Of a stretch of DNA of 45,824 nt, positions 12,858 to 23,714 are shown piece after piece. The notes below the pieces were generated by a model. The model was not told the origin of the DNA. It was given only the letters and a program-made list of their open reading frames with translations, and did not search any database. How positions within the stretch are numbered: the first letter of the stretch is position 1; the number at the start of each line of letters is the position of its first letter. The stretch is from the NCBI RefSeq assembly GCF_001194135.2, contig NC_068986.1, forward strand, positions 107,355,114-107,400,937, given 5' to 3'. The translations under genes were made by a program, and so were the position numbers. Source of the DNA: Octopus bimaculoides (lineage: Eukaryota).

Positions 12858-12900
12858 CTCTCTTTCTATCTGTCTGTCTATCAATCTATGTATCTATCTA
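12769..12900. repeat. (TC)n/(TCTA)n microsatellite
   Basis: Visible run after gap. Confidence 0.9.
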
Positions 12901-13326
12901 TATGTGCTTCTATATGCGTGTGCCTGTGTTTTCCTTTATTTGTGTATTTATATGAATGAAATTTTGTTTTTTCCCCCGTCATTCTTTCATTGGTCCTTGC
13001 AAGATAAAAAAAACAAACTGCTGTTATATTCATCTGAGTATTTCAATCTCTTTTTTTTTCTTTTACTACCTATATTTTTTTTTTGCTCTTCTTTATACTG
13101 TTGCCATTTCTATTGTTGGTGATGTTACCGTAGTTATTGTTACTAAAGCTATTTCAGGTGCCAGATAATATACTGTAGATAAAACGTATACGAATACGAA
13201 TCGCTGATACAGACCACAACAAAAATTCTCCCAGATTCACAGTCCTGAATGCACGTTTCGTCAGGAAACGTATGACACGCACCAACAGAAACAATGCTCA
13301 TAAGTCACCTACAACTCTGGAATATT

Positions 13327-13537
13327 CTTTTCTACACAAGGCATAAGGCCCGAAATTATAGAGGAGGGGCCAGTCGATTAGATCGATACCAGTACGCGAC
13401 TGGTATTTATCGAGCCCGAAAGGATGAAATGCAAAGTTGACCTCGGTGGAATTTGAACTCAGAACGTAAAGACAGACGAAATACCGCTAAGCATTTCTCC
13501 CGCCCGGCGTGCTAATGTTTCTGCCAGCTCACCGCCT
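13327..13537 (-). mobile_element. SINE family A, full length, with perfect 17-bp TSD
   Basis: tacaactctggaatatt at 13310-13326 and 13538-13554 flanks a complete head-core-tail copy. Confidence 0.95.
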
Positions 13538-14484
13538 TACAACTCTGGAATATTATCTAACAAAAGAAACCATTGACATTCGTTTAACTTTACTGGTTTC
13601 ACAGAAAAGGCCGTGTAAAATATTGCAGGTTTTTTTTCCGGTGCACCCTGTATTATGCCTGCTTTATCTGTTTTAACAATTACATCTTTTAGGATGCTTC
13701 TCTTACAACAGCAGATTTCCGACCTTGGAATGGGTCATGGTTTCCTTATTTATGTCTCTATAGCAACTTCAGTATATGAAATCGATCGTGTTATTCCTAC
13801 TGCAATAACAAACAGAAATACTATTTACTATTGATGGTCGCTATAAAGAAGAATTTCATTCCAAGACCTTTCCTTTACTTTCTCCTTAAACATGTTTATT
13901 TTACAGTCTTGTCTTACACTCAACTTTTTTTCCTATTCTTCGCACTCCACCCTCTATTCCACCCCCTCTATAACACACTCTTCCTTTCTTGGTCACGATG
14001 GCATCCAACTGAAGATGTCACATAAGAGTAAATATTTATAGAAATTAAGTAATGCCGACTGTGAAACAACTAAACAGCTGTTCTCTTACACAACTTGTTC
14101 TGCGGGTCTATCTCATTCACCTCGTCAACATAATGCAAAGGCCAAGGCTGTTCGTTTACAGCTATAAAGCATGAGTTGATTCTCAATTATCATCGTCGTC
14201 TACCCTTCAGCTGCTTTCTACGCCACCAGTTCATGAGTATTTCGAAAACAATTACTGTGTAGCAGAAAAGCTTAGACTCTTTTACAAATGATACAGCTGG
14301 CTATGAGAGAAAATGTAAAATAACATATGGAGGTTTAATTTAAATTCCTAAATTAAATATGTGTTTGTTTTTCCTCCTCCTAAGTATTATCCCCAGAATA
14401 TTTGCTTTCTAACCTGCCAGTCAAACACATTGAACAGTTCCATCTGAAACACTTCTGCATATATATGTACGTGTGTGTGTGTGT

Positions 14485-14531
<47 letters not shown>

Positions 14532-15154
14532 CAGATATATATATATATATATACATGTATATATANNNNNNNNNNNNNNNNNNNNNNNNNNNNNNNNNNN
14601 NNNNNNNNNNNNNNNNNNNNNNNNNNNNNNNNNNNNNNNNNNNNNNNNNNNNNNNNNNNNNNNNNNNNNNNNNNNNNNNNNNNNNNNNNNNNNNNNNNNN
14701 NNNNNNNNNNNNNNNNNNNNNNNNNNNNNNNNNNNNNNNNNNNNNNNNNNNNNNNNNNNNNNNNNNNNNNNNNNNNNNNNNNNNNNNNNNNNNNNNNNNN
14801 NNNNNNNNNNNNNNNNNNNNNNNNNNNNNNNNNNNNNNNNNNNNNNNNNNNNNNNNNNNNNNNNNNNNNNNNNNNNNNNNNNNNNNNNNNNNNNNNNNNN
14901 NNNNNNNNNNNNNNNNNNNNNNNNNNNNNNNNNNNNNNNNNNNNNNNNNNNNNNNNNNNNNNNNNNNNNNNNNNNNNNNNNNNNNNNNNNNNNNNNNNNN
15001 NNNNNNNNNNNNNNNNNNNNNNNNNNNNNNNNNNNNNNNNNNNNNNNNNNNNNNNNNNNNNNNNNNNNNNNNNNNNNNNNNNNNNNNNNNNNNNNNNNNN
15101 NNNNNNNNNNNNNNNNNNNNNNNNNNNNNNNNNNNNNNNNNNNNNNNNNNNNNN

Positions 15155-15187
<33 letters not shown>

Positions 15188-15244
15188 CATATACACACAC
15201 CACAAATAGAGAGACAGACAGATATGTATATGAATATGTATGCG

Positions 15245-15277
<33 letters not shown>

Positions 15278-15332
15278 GTCAGAATTTAAAAAGTAAATTG
15301 CGAATAGCTACCTTAATAATTTATATACTTAT

Positions 15333-15345
15333 GTAGATAGATAGG

Positions 15346-15378
<33 letters not shown>
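15333..15378. repeat. (GATA)n/(GGTA) microsatellite
   Basis: Visible run. Confidence 0.9.
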
Positions 15379-15380
<2 letters not shown>

Positions 15381-15586
15381 CTTTATTTCTTTATTAGCCA
15401 CACATTCATATATGTGCGTATTGTGTGTGTTTGTACGCATATATGCATGTGTGTCTGTGTATAGATCGATGGATAGTTTGAAGACAGACATAGATAGATA
15501 GACACTTATATAAATATGAATGCGTGTGTGAGTGTCTGTGTGAGATGTATGTGTGTGCCTCCGTGTGTGTGCTTCTATATATGTGT

Positions 15587-15634
<48 letters not shown>

Positions 15635-16621
15635 NNNNNNNNNNNNNNNNNNNNNNNNNNNNNNNNNNNNNNNNNNNNNNNNNNNNNNNNNNNNNNNNNN
15701 NNNNNNNNNNNNNNNNNNNNNNNNNNNNNNNNNNNNNNNNNNNNNNNNNNNNNNNNNNNNNNNNNNNNNNNNNNNNNNNNNNNNNNNNNNNNNNNNNNNN
15801 NNNNNNNNNNNNNNNNNNNNNNNNNNNNNNNNNNNNNNNNNNNNNNNNNNNNNNNNNNNNNNNNNNNNNNNNNNNNNNNNNNNNNNNNNNNNNNNNNNNN
15901 NNNNNNNNNNNNNNNNNNNNNNNNNNNNNNNNNNNNNNNNNNNNNNNNNNNNNNNNNNNNNNNNNNNNNNNNNNNNNNNNNNNNNNNNNNNNNNNNNNNN
16001 NNNNNNNNNNNNNNNNNNNNNNNNNNNNNNNNNNNNNNNNNNNNNNNNNNNNNNNNNNNNNNNNNNNNNNNNNNNNNNNNNNNNNNNNNNNNNNNNNNNN
16101 NNNNNNNNNNNNNNNNNNNNNNNNNNNNNNNNNNNNNNNNNNNNNNNNNNNNNNNNNNNNNNNNNNNNNNNNNNNNNNNNNNNNNNNNNNNNNNNNNNNN
16201 NNNNNNNNNNNNNNNNNNNNNNNNNNNNNNNNNNNNNNNNNNNNNNNNNNNNNNNNNNNNNNNNNNNNNNNNNNNNNNNNNNNNNNNNNNNNNNNNNNNN
16301 NNNNNNNNNNNNNNNNNNNNNNNNNNNNNNNNNNNNNNNNNNNNNNNNNNNNNNNNNNNNNNNNNNNNNNNNNNNNNNNNNNNNNNNNNNNNNNNNNNNN
16401 NNNNNNNNNNNNNNNNNNNNNNNNNNNNNNNNNNNNNNNNNNNNNNNNNNNNNNNNNNNNNNNNNNNNNNNNNNNNNNNNNNNNNNNNNNNNNNNNNNNN
16501 NNNNNNNNNNNNNNNNNNNNNNNNNNNNNNNNNNNNNNNNNNNNNNNNNNNNNNNNNNNNNNNNNNNNNNNNNNNNNNNNNNNNNNNNNNNNNNNNNNNN
16601 NNNNNNNNNNNNNNNNNNNNN

Positions 16622-16671
<50 letters not shown>

Positions 16672-16672
<1 letters not shown>

Positions 16673-17028
16673 GGCACTCTGTCGGTTACGACGTCGAGGG
16701 TTCCAGTTGATCCGATCAACAGAACAGCCTGCTCGTGAAATTAACGTTCAAGTGGCTGAGCACTCCACAGACACGTGTAGTTCGCGTAGGGATCCAGTGT
16801 AAAACAGAGTGTGACAGGGCTGGCCCTTTGAAATACAGGTACAACAGAAACAGGAAGAAAGAGTTAGAGAAAGTTGTGGTAAAAGAGTACATCAGGATTC
16901 ACCACCACCCATTGGCGGAGCCTCGTGGAGATTTTAGTTGTTTTCGCTCGATAAACACTCAGAACGCCTCGTCTGGGAATCGAAACCGCGAGTCCGCTAC
17001 CCTAACCACTGGGCCACTGCACCTCCAC
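16672..17028 (-). mobile_element. SINE family C with (CA)n-associated 3' end and small head deletion
   Basis: Collinear with 2838-3211; lacks tcctatgaccgcga between two accgcga repeats at about 16985-16992. Confidence 0.92.
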
Positions 17029-17685
17029 TGTATATGTGTATATGTATGTGTATATGTATAATTGTATGTACGAATGTGTGCGTACGTATGTTTGAACATC
17101 GGCAAAGGCGTATGTATGTATGTATGTATGTATGTATGTATACGCAGATAATTCAAGCTTGACTTGATCAATAATGATGTTGATTTAATTTAAAGCATAA
17201 AACGAATAGACGACGTCGTTAGATAGCCATGGGATTTGAGATTTAAATACTTTGTAATACTTCTGCAAATCCTTCACAAACCGGCTTTGCATTTCTAATA
17301 ATGCCAAAATTTTTTTGCATTTCAATTTGTAACACACGTTCTCACAAAAATTGGCTTCGTTCCAATATTACTGGCAACAATAAAGTCATTGTTAGCTACA
17401 TCCTGGCAACTAAGTGTTGTAGTAACTATGCTATGCATGCGAATCATGAATATTAAACCCACCAGAAATTGCATTCCCTGCAATTAAACGGTGCCAACCA
17501 AGTGTGTATGCAATCCAGCAGTTGCCCTGTGTTTTAACAGCAGTAGGCTTTTATCTATCTCGCACTTTTGAGATGCCAGAAATATATATTTCTTATTCAG
17601 TTACAAATACACACAGACATGGGAAAAGTGTTGTCATCAAGTGGCGTGCATGCATTTCCAAAATGATGAAAGAAGGATCTCAACA

Positions 17686-17780
17686 GAGATTTACAATACT
17701 CGAGCCTTGAATGTATGTCCTTGAATGTATGCGATTTACAATGTATGAGATTTACAATACTCGAGCCTTGAATGTATGCG
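17686..17780. repeat. Local complex tandem duplication
   Basis: gagatttacaatactcgagccttgaatgtatg occurs at 17686-17717 and 17747-17778 with shuffled sub-pieces between. Confidence 0.85.
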
Positions 17781-17965
17781 CTCTCATTTTATTATAACGA
17801 ATTTAGCCTTTACTCTGTTTAAAATGCATGCGTTAAAATATGTGCACCAATTCAAAAATATGTGCACCATTTTTTGAAGAAGATTATTGCAGAAAAAACT
17901 GCTGTGAGTTATACCTAGATAGTGTAAAACTAGTCATACAACAGTTAAAATTGAAAATTTCTAGA

Positions 17966-18175
17966 AATATAGGTTTGAAGTTTTAGCACAAGTGCAGCAA
18001 TTTTGAGGGGTAGGGAAGTCAATTAAATCGACCCCAGTGTTCAACTGGTACTTATTTATATCGATCTCGAAAGGACAAGTAGACTTCGGCGGAATTTGAA
18101 CTCAGAACGTAAAGAGGGGCGAAATGCCGTTGAGCATTTTGCCTGGCGTGCTAACGATTCTGCCAGCTCGCCGCC
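17966..18175 (-). mobile_element. SINE family A, full length
   Basis: cgaccccagtgttcaactggtacttattt core, cttcggcggaatttgaactcagaacgt, ctaacgattctgccagctcgccgcc head. Confidence 0.9.
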
Positions 18176-18483
18176 GTACCTTCTGGAAAAAGAAAGATAT
18201 GACTTATCTCTTCGGTTGAAGGACGATTGTAATAATGGAATTAACAAAATAAGAATGCTTAGTTGGATGTAAAGTGCATTAATAGTTTAACGGTTAAGAA
18301 TTGAAGTCTTTAATTACTGAAGGGTTTCTTGATTGGAAACTGGATTTCTGTAAATGCAGCTGGGACATTCAGCGATTGAAAGTGGTCCATCGTTGAGTAT
18401 ATGAGACAAAGATTTTACGATAAAGAAATTAGGATGCCAATGGACGATAGGTATTGTTGGTAGAAGTAATCAGGTACGGCCCA

Positions 18484-18893
18484 GTCATGGTGGCTGTGTG
18501 ATTAAGAAACTCTGGTTTCAGGTTCAGTCCCATTTGGCGACACCCTGAGCAAGCGTCTTCTGCTATGGTCACGGGCCGAGAAATACCTTGTGAATGAATT
18601 CGGTAGATGGAAACTGCGTTAAATCTCATCATGTGTATATGTGTGCGTGTGAAAGAGAGAGAGAGAGAGTGTGTGTGTGGGGGGTGTTTATTCCCCCACC
18701 CACCCAGCTTGACAACTGTTGTTGAATTTGTTTACGTTCCCATAACTTAGCAGTTCAGTAAAAGAAACCGAAAAAAATAAGTACCACGCTTACAACTAAG
18801 TCCTGTGGGGCAATATGTTTGACTAAGCCTTTCAAGGAGGTGCCCCAGCACGGCCGCAGTCTAATAACTGAAATAAATAAAAGATAAAAGATA
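18484..18893 (+). mobile_element. SINE family B, full length, diverged
   Basis: tggctgtgtg…caggttcagtccc head, internal GA/GT repeat, ccccagcacggccgcagtctaataactgaaa…aagataaaagata tail. Confidence 0.85.
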
Positions 18894-19099
18894 CATTATA
18901 TTAATTCACGTAAGAAACAATGAAAATAAAATCTGATTGATAAAAAGAATACGCCTCGATGGAGTTGGCTCAGGTGATTGTAAAACTATAAATATACTGT
19001 TCCACAATTAAAACTTTCATTTCGTAGTAGGTTCCATTTGCATATTTCTCGTTTTATGTTTGTATATACTTTATAGATGATATACAAATCGCTTTTTTG

Positions 19100-19599
19100 A
19101 AATACTATGATGTTTCAAATTCGGCAGATGAATTTGTCAGCGGGCCGTGTAGCTTAATGGTAAAACACTCAGGCGGAGTTTTTGAGGGAATGGATTGGAG
19201 TCCTATGGATGGTTGTTAACAAACATATCCACCTTGTAAGGGTAATTTACCCAGTATTTCTGCTGTTCTAACGGCAACTCCGCGTTCTAAAATTTCATCT
19301 TTTTGCTTGTATTACACAATATACATATCGACGCTTCATATATTAATAAAACTAATAAATTGTTTGTTTACATTTATACACATGGCTGATCTATAGAAGC
19401 TAAACTATTTAGCGTCTCATTTGGTAGATAAAATTGTCAGCGTACAGTTTAGGTCAACGGTAAACCATTCAGCCGGAGTCATTGAGGGGCATGGGTTCGA
19501 GTCTCCTGACTGGTTGTTGACAAATATTTCCGCTTGGTAAGTGTAATTTACCCAGTATTTCTGCTCTTCTAACGACAACACAGCGTTCAAAAAAATATC
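19100..19599 (+). repeat. Diverged direct repeat (two ~190 bp units, 300 bp period) with tRNA-like internal promoter
   Basis: 19131-19298 aligns with 19431-19599 (e.g. gtaatttacccagtatttctgct.ttctaacg.caac shared); A-box-like agcttaatggtaaa and B-box gggttcgagtctc (19493-19505). Confidence 0.75.
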
Positions 19600-19688
19600 A
19601 TATACATAAATATTTTTAGCTACTCCATTTTCTATACATATAAATTTGAACATATGTATATTTATGTATAGGCACACACGCATATATA

Positions 19689-19743
<55 letters not shown>

Positions 19744-20344
19744 CTTCACATATATGTGTGTATGTATGTATATATGCACCCTAGCTGAACACGAAACACC
19801 TGCAAAATTTTTGATTGCAATATTTTTTCTGAAAATGCAAAATATTAAAATATTAAAATATTAAAATACTGCTGTAGGAACATCTTTCCTTATAATTTAA
19901 TTACTGTGATGAAATAATAATATTTCCGATATTTAACAAGAATTTTCTTTGTATTTTCATCTTTTTACTTCAATGCTTGTTTTTTCACTCCATTGTTATT
20001 TTCCCCCTTTTTTATTTGTTTTTTAACGTTTTGTTGCAAATTAATTTTTTCATTTGGATAGTATTAACCTAATAATGCATCGAGCATTAAAATTTTCAGT
20101 GGTGTATTTCTCCGGCTAGTGATTTTATCTGAGTACGCTCGTTGAAAGTAAAACAATTGCCGAGTGCATTCGCATATTAGCCATTCAAATACACATAGAA
20201 GTATCAGCTAAATATTTATTTAGCGTCAACAAATTTCGGCGCACAATCTGCAACGGAGTTGATGACACGGTTGCACTGCAGTTGTTGTAAGGAAAATTTG
20301 TGACTTGTCGCTTGTAGTGTTAGGGACATTTTTGAACCAGATAA

Positions 20345-20567
20345 TAATTCTTTTGAATTTTGGCACAAGGCCAACAAATTTGTGAGAAAGGGGCGAGCTG
20401 ACTGCATCAACCCAGGTCATTGGGCTAGTACTCCATTTTATTGGAACCCCGAAGGAATGAAAGTCACAATCGACCTCAGTAGAATATGAACACAAATGGT
20501 GGAGACTGAAGAAATGCTGGCTAACGTATTGACCGGCTCGGTAACGGTCCTGCTAGGGCACCGCCTT
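20345..20567 (-). mobile_element. SINE family A, old diverged copy
   Basis: ttttggcacaaggcc tail, cccgaaggaatgaaag..aatcgacctcagtagaatatgaac core, ccgcctt 5' end. Confidence 0.8.
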
Positions 20568-20577
20568 TCTTCGTGAA

Positions 20578-20591
20578 ATAATAATAATAAT

Positions 20592-20622
<31 letters not shown>

Positions 20623-20697
20623 GCAACAACAACAACAACAACAGCAACAACAACAACAACAACAGCAACAACAACAACAACAACAATAATAATAATA
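20578..20697. repeat. Compound (AAT)n-(AAC/AGC)n-(AAT)n microsatellite
   Basis: Visible; source of the poly-L and poly-C ORFs. Confidence 0.95.
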
Positions 20698-20698
20698 T

Positions 20699-20848
20699 GG
20701 TCGCAGAAAATGAGAAAGCAATCACACTCTAGGATATGACAATAAACACACAGATAGAGAAATTAGGGCCAACAGACCGGATATAGTTGTCATAGGTCAC
20801 CAAGAACAAAATGATCTGTAATCGATGTATTAATACCAACAGATGACA
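20699..20848 (+). pseudogene. Restriction-like endonuclease (RLE) fragment of R4/Dong-type non-LTR retrotransposon, copy 1 (stop and frameshifts)
   Basis: Translates VAENEKAITL*DMTINT / DREIRANRPDIVVIGHQEQ; matches the RLE motif ENxxxxILWDxxIxTDxxIxxNRPDIV. Confidence 0.85.
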
Positions 20849-20870
20849 TAATAATAATAATAATAATAAT

Positions 20871-21213
20871 GGAGTAGGAGACCCCCTATGGTCATGAATG
20901 ACCATGAGATTGCACCTAGAAAGTTACCCTCCTAGGCACAAGTCTGGACAAGGTTGTTAATGGAAGACCCGCAGTGGCCCATGCATACCAGCCTCCACTC
21001 TTCATGCAACCGATGTTATTCAAAGGAAAGGTAAAGGCCGATACAGCTTGGCACTAGTGAGGCTGCAACGCATTTCTACAGCTGAGTTAAATGGAGCAAC
21101 GTGAAATAAAGTGTCTTGCTGAAGAACACAACACGCAGCCCGGTCCGGGAATTGAACTCACAACCTCACGATCGTAAACTCGACGCTCTAACCACTGAGA
21201 CATGCGCCTTCAC
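20871..21213 (-). mobile_element. SINE family D (tRNA head + CORE-like domain), flanked by (AAT)n on both sides
   Basis: Minus-strand gtgaaggcgcatgtctcagtggttagagcgtcgag…gagttcaattcccggaccgggc…cagcaagacactttatttcacgttgctcc…ctcagctgtag. Confidence 0.88.
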
Positions 21214-21251
<38 letters not shown>

Positions 21252-21267
21252 CAACAACAACAACAGA

Positions 21268-21463
21268 ATAACAACAGAAAAAAGATGGTATAGGCACACG
21301 CCAGAGAAGGTCACAGAAAGTGAGAAAGCAACCATACTATGGGATATGCCAATACACACAGATAGAGAAATCAAGGCCAATAGGTCGGATATAGTTGTCA
21401 CAGATCAAGAAAAAGAATGTTTTCTAATTGATGTATCAATACCAACAGATGGCAACGTTTCTC
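21268..21463 (+). pseudogene. RLE domain fragment of R4/Dong-type non-LTR retrotransposon, copy 2
   Basis: ORF 21202-21495: KRWYRHTPEKVTESEKATILWDMPIHTDREIKANRSDIVVTDQEKECFLIDVSIPTDGNVS = WYxHxP..ILWD..TDR.I.ANRPDIV..C..IDV.IP (PD-(D/E)xK-type nuclease). Confidence 0.9.
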
Positions 21464-21471
21464 GAAACGAA

Positions 21472-21602
21472 ATTTTACCAACTCCGAAAGGATGAAAGAT
21501 AAACTCGACCATAACAGACTTTGAAATCAGAAAGTAGCAACAGACGGAATACCGCTGAGCATTTTTCCCAGCGTGTTAACGATTCTGCTTGTTCGTTGCC
21601 TT
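21472..21602 (-). mobile_element. SINE family A, 5' half
   Basis: ccgaaaggatgaaagataaactcgacc…tttgaaatcagaa…ataccgctgagcattt…ttaacgattctgc…ttgcctt. Confidence 0.8.
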
Positions 21603-21646
21603 AATAATGATAATAATATTACTAACAATAATAATAATAATAATAA

Positions 21647-21860
21647 TTTCTTTCTACTTCAGGCACAAGGCCCGAAATTTTGGGGGAGTGGGAGAGTCGA
21701 TTAGATCGACTCCAGTACGCAACTGGTACTTAATTTATCGACCCCGAAAGAATGAAAAGCAAAGTCCAACCGCGGCGGAATTTGAACTCAGCGTAAACAC
21801 AGACGAAATGGCGTTTGGTATTTCTCCCGACGTGCTAACGATTCTGCCAGCTCGCACCTT
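21647..21860 (-). mobile_element. SINE family A, full length, inside (AAT)n
   Basis: Complete head-core-tail, same tail type as 13327-13537. Confidence 0.92.
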
Positions 21861-21897
21861 AATAATGATGATGATGATGATGATGATGATAATAATG

Positions 21898-21947
<50 letters not shown>

Positions 21948-22189
21948 GAGGAGGAGGAGGAGGAGAAGGAGAAGGAGAAGAAGAAGAAGAAGAAGAAGAA
22001 GAAGAAGAAGAAGAAGAAGAAGAAGAAGAAGAAGAAGAAGAAGAAGAAGAAGAAGAAGAAGAAGAAGAAGAAGAAGAAGAAGAAGAAGAAGAAGAAGAAG
22101 AAGAAGAAGAAGAAGAAGAAGAAGAAGAAGAAGAAGAAGAAGAAGAAGAAGAAGAAGAAGAAGAAGAAGAAGAAGAAGAAGAAGAAGAA
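21861..22189. repeat. Compound (AAT)(GAT)(AAT)(GAG)(GAA)n microsatellite with ~75 GAA units
   Basis: Visible; source of the poly-R and poly-S ORFs. Confidence 0.97.
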
Positions 22190-22231
22190 TGTCTCAGGTT
22201 ATTTGTTGTAGAAATTGTATATTCATGAAAT

Positions 22232-22300
22232 AAAACTGTTAACTTCACTTAAACATTTATCATATCAAGTAATAAATTTTTAAGTGAAGTTAACAGTTTT
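22232..22300. other. Near-perfect 69-nt hairpin (22-bp perfect arm)
   Basis: aaaactgttaacttcacttaaa (22232-22253) is the exact reverse complement of 22279-22300. Confidence 0.9.
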
Positions 22301-22951
22301 CTATATTTGAATCGTTTCTATATGACATCCCAGCTGTAACTACTTTAACATTAAAAACTTATCTCGAAATATAAATGTTGTGAATAAATTAGAAATGTGT
22401 ATTTATTTTATATTCTGTTACTGGTTTCATTAGTTTGTGTGTACTGCATCAACAGTTTTACACCAGTTATCTAGAAGAAAAGCGCACTCGGCGGAGGGAA
22501 AAAAATCAGTAGCACCGACAGAGAGCTCCTTCAAACGCAGTTGCTGTATGCGTGACTGCCACTCTCGTGTAGGCACGTATAGCCACAACAGACGCTGCAC
22601 CACAATCGCCAGCGGACACGGTTTCTTTGGGGCGCAGATCCATTGCCTCTCGAGACCGACGGACGCCTGCTGTTACAAACACCAGTACACATGATTTTCA
22701 TTTTATCGATTTTTATGTATCTAATAGCTAAGTTCACTTCAAGGCCTGTATAATTTAAAGGCTTTATTACTATTTTTTTCCTTATTGGTTCGTTCCAAAA
22801 TGAGTAGATGGCCTACAATGGATCTCAGACACCTGTCAGATTAAGGCGGTTAGCGTAGCTCTTGATCACTTACAAGTCGGCATCTTGTGTAATTGAGGAT
22901 GTCCAGAGGCCGAGGTTCTGGAGATGAAGGGATACGTGCAGTGGTAACAAT

Positions 22952-23123
22952 AGGCGTAGGAGTGGCTGTGTGGTCAGTAGCTTGCTTACGAATCACATGG
23001 TTCCGGGTTCAGTCCCACTGCGTGGCACCTTGGGCAAGTGTCTTCTACTATAGCCTCGGGCCGACCAAAGACTTGTGAGTGGATTTGGTAAACGGAAACT
23101 GAAAGAAGCCCGTCGTATATATG

Positions 23124-23220
<97 letters not shown>

Positions 23221-23431
23221 TTGTGTATCTGTGTTTGTCTCCCCTATATCGCTTGACAACCGATGCTGGTGTGTTTACGTCCCCGTAACTTAGTGGTTCG
23301 GCAAAAAAGACCGATAGAATCAGTACTAGGCTTACAAAGAATAAGTCCTGGGGTCGATTTGCTCGACTAAAGGTGGTGCTCCAGTATGGCCACAGTCAAA
23401 TGACTGAAACAAGTTAAAGAGTAAAAGAGTA
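22952..23431 (+). mobile_element. SINE family B, full length, expanded internal (GT)n
   Basis: Best-preserved B copy; tail gttaaagagtaaaagagta short tandem repeat. Confidence 0.95.
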
Positions 23432-23714
23432 TGTTAACTTTTTAATGAATCCATATTTTCACTCGAACTAATGAAAAAGGCAACGGAAACGCCGAGAAAC
23501 GATAAGTGTACATAGAAATAAACGATAAAGTAATGTTATTTCCGCCGTACAGCATAAAATACAAACCGTACTGTCAATACAATATGATTATAAACTGAGT
23601 GAGACAACCGAATTAACTCTAACGTTTCTTTATCTGTTCCTTTATTGTCGTAAGTACATCTATCATTTGAGTTCCTGTTGCCAGACGTACACAAACCAAA
23701 ATCGCTTCTCAATA

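Noticed and set aside
12113-16802. Longest ORFs in the track (240-437 aa)
   Set aside because: Read through N gaps and microsatellites; no real coding content
19781-20118. Possible degenerate TIR pair (ctagc…acacc…aaaatttt)
   Set aside because: Similarity is patchy and AT-biased, with no TSD; cannot be separated from chance
21589-22248. Poly-Arg and poly-Ser ORFs
   Set aside because: Translation of the (GAA)n tract plus SINE sequence
22438-22691. 9-bp inverted repeat tgtgtactg/cagtacaca around the CpG island
   Set aside because: Too short, no TSD; insufficient to call a transposon
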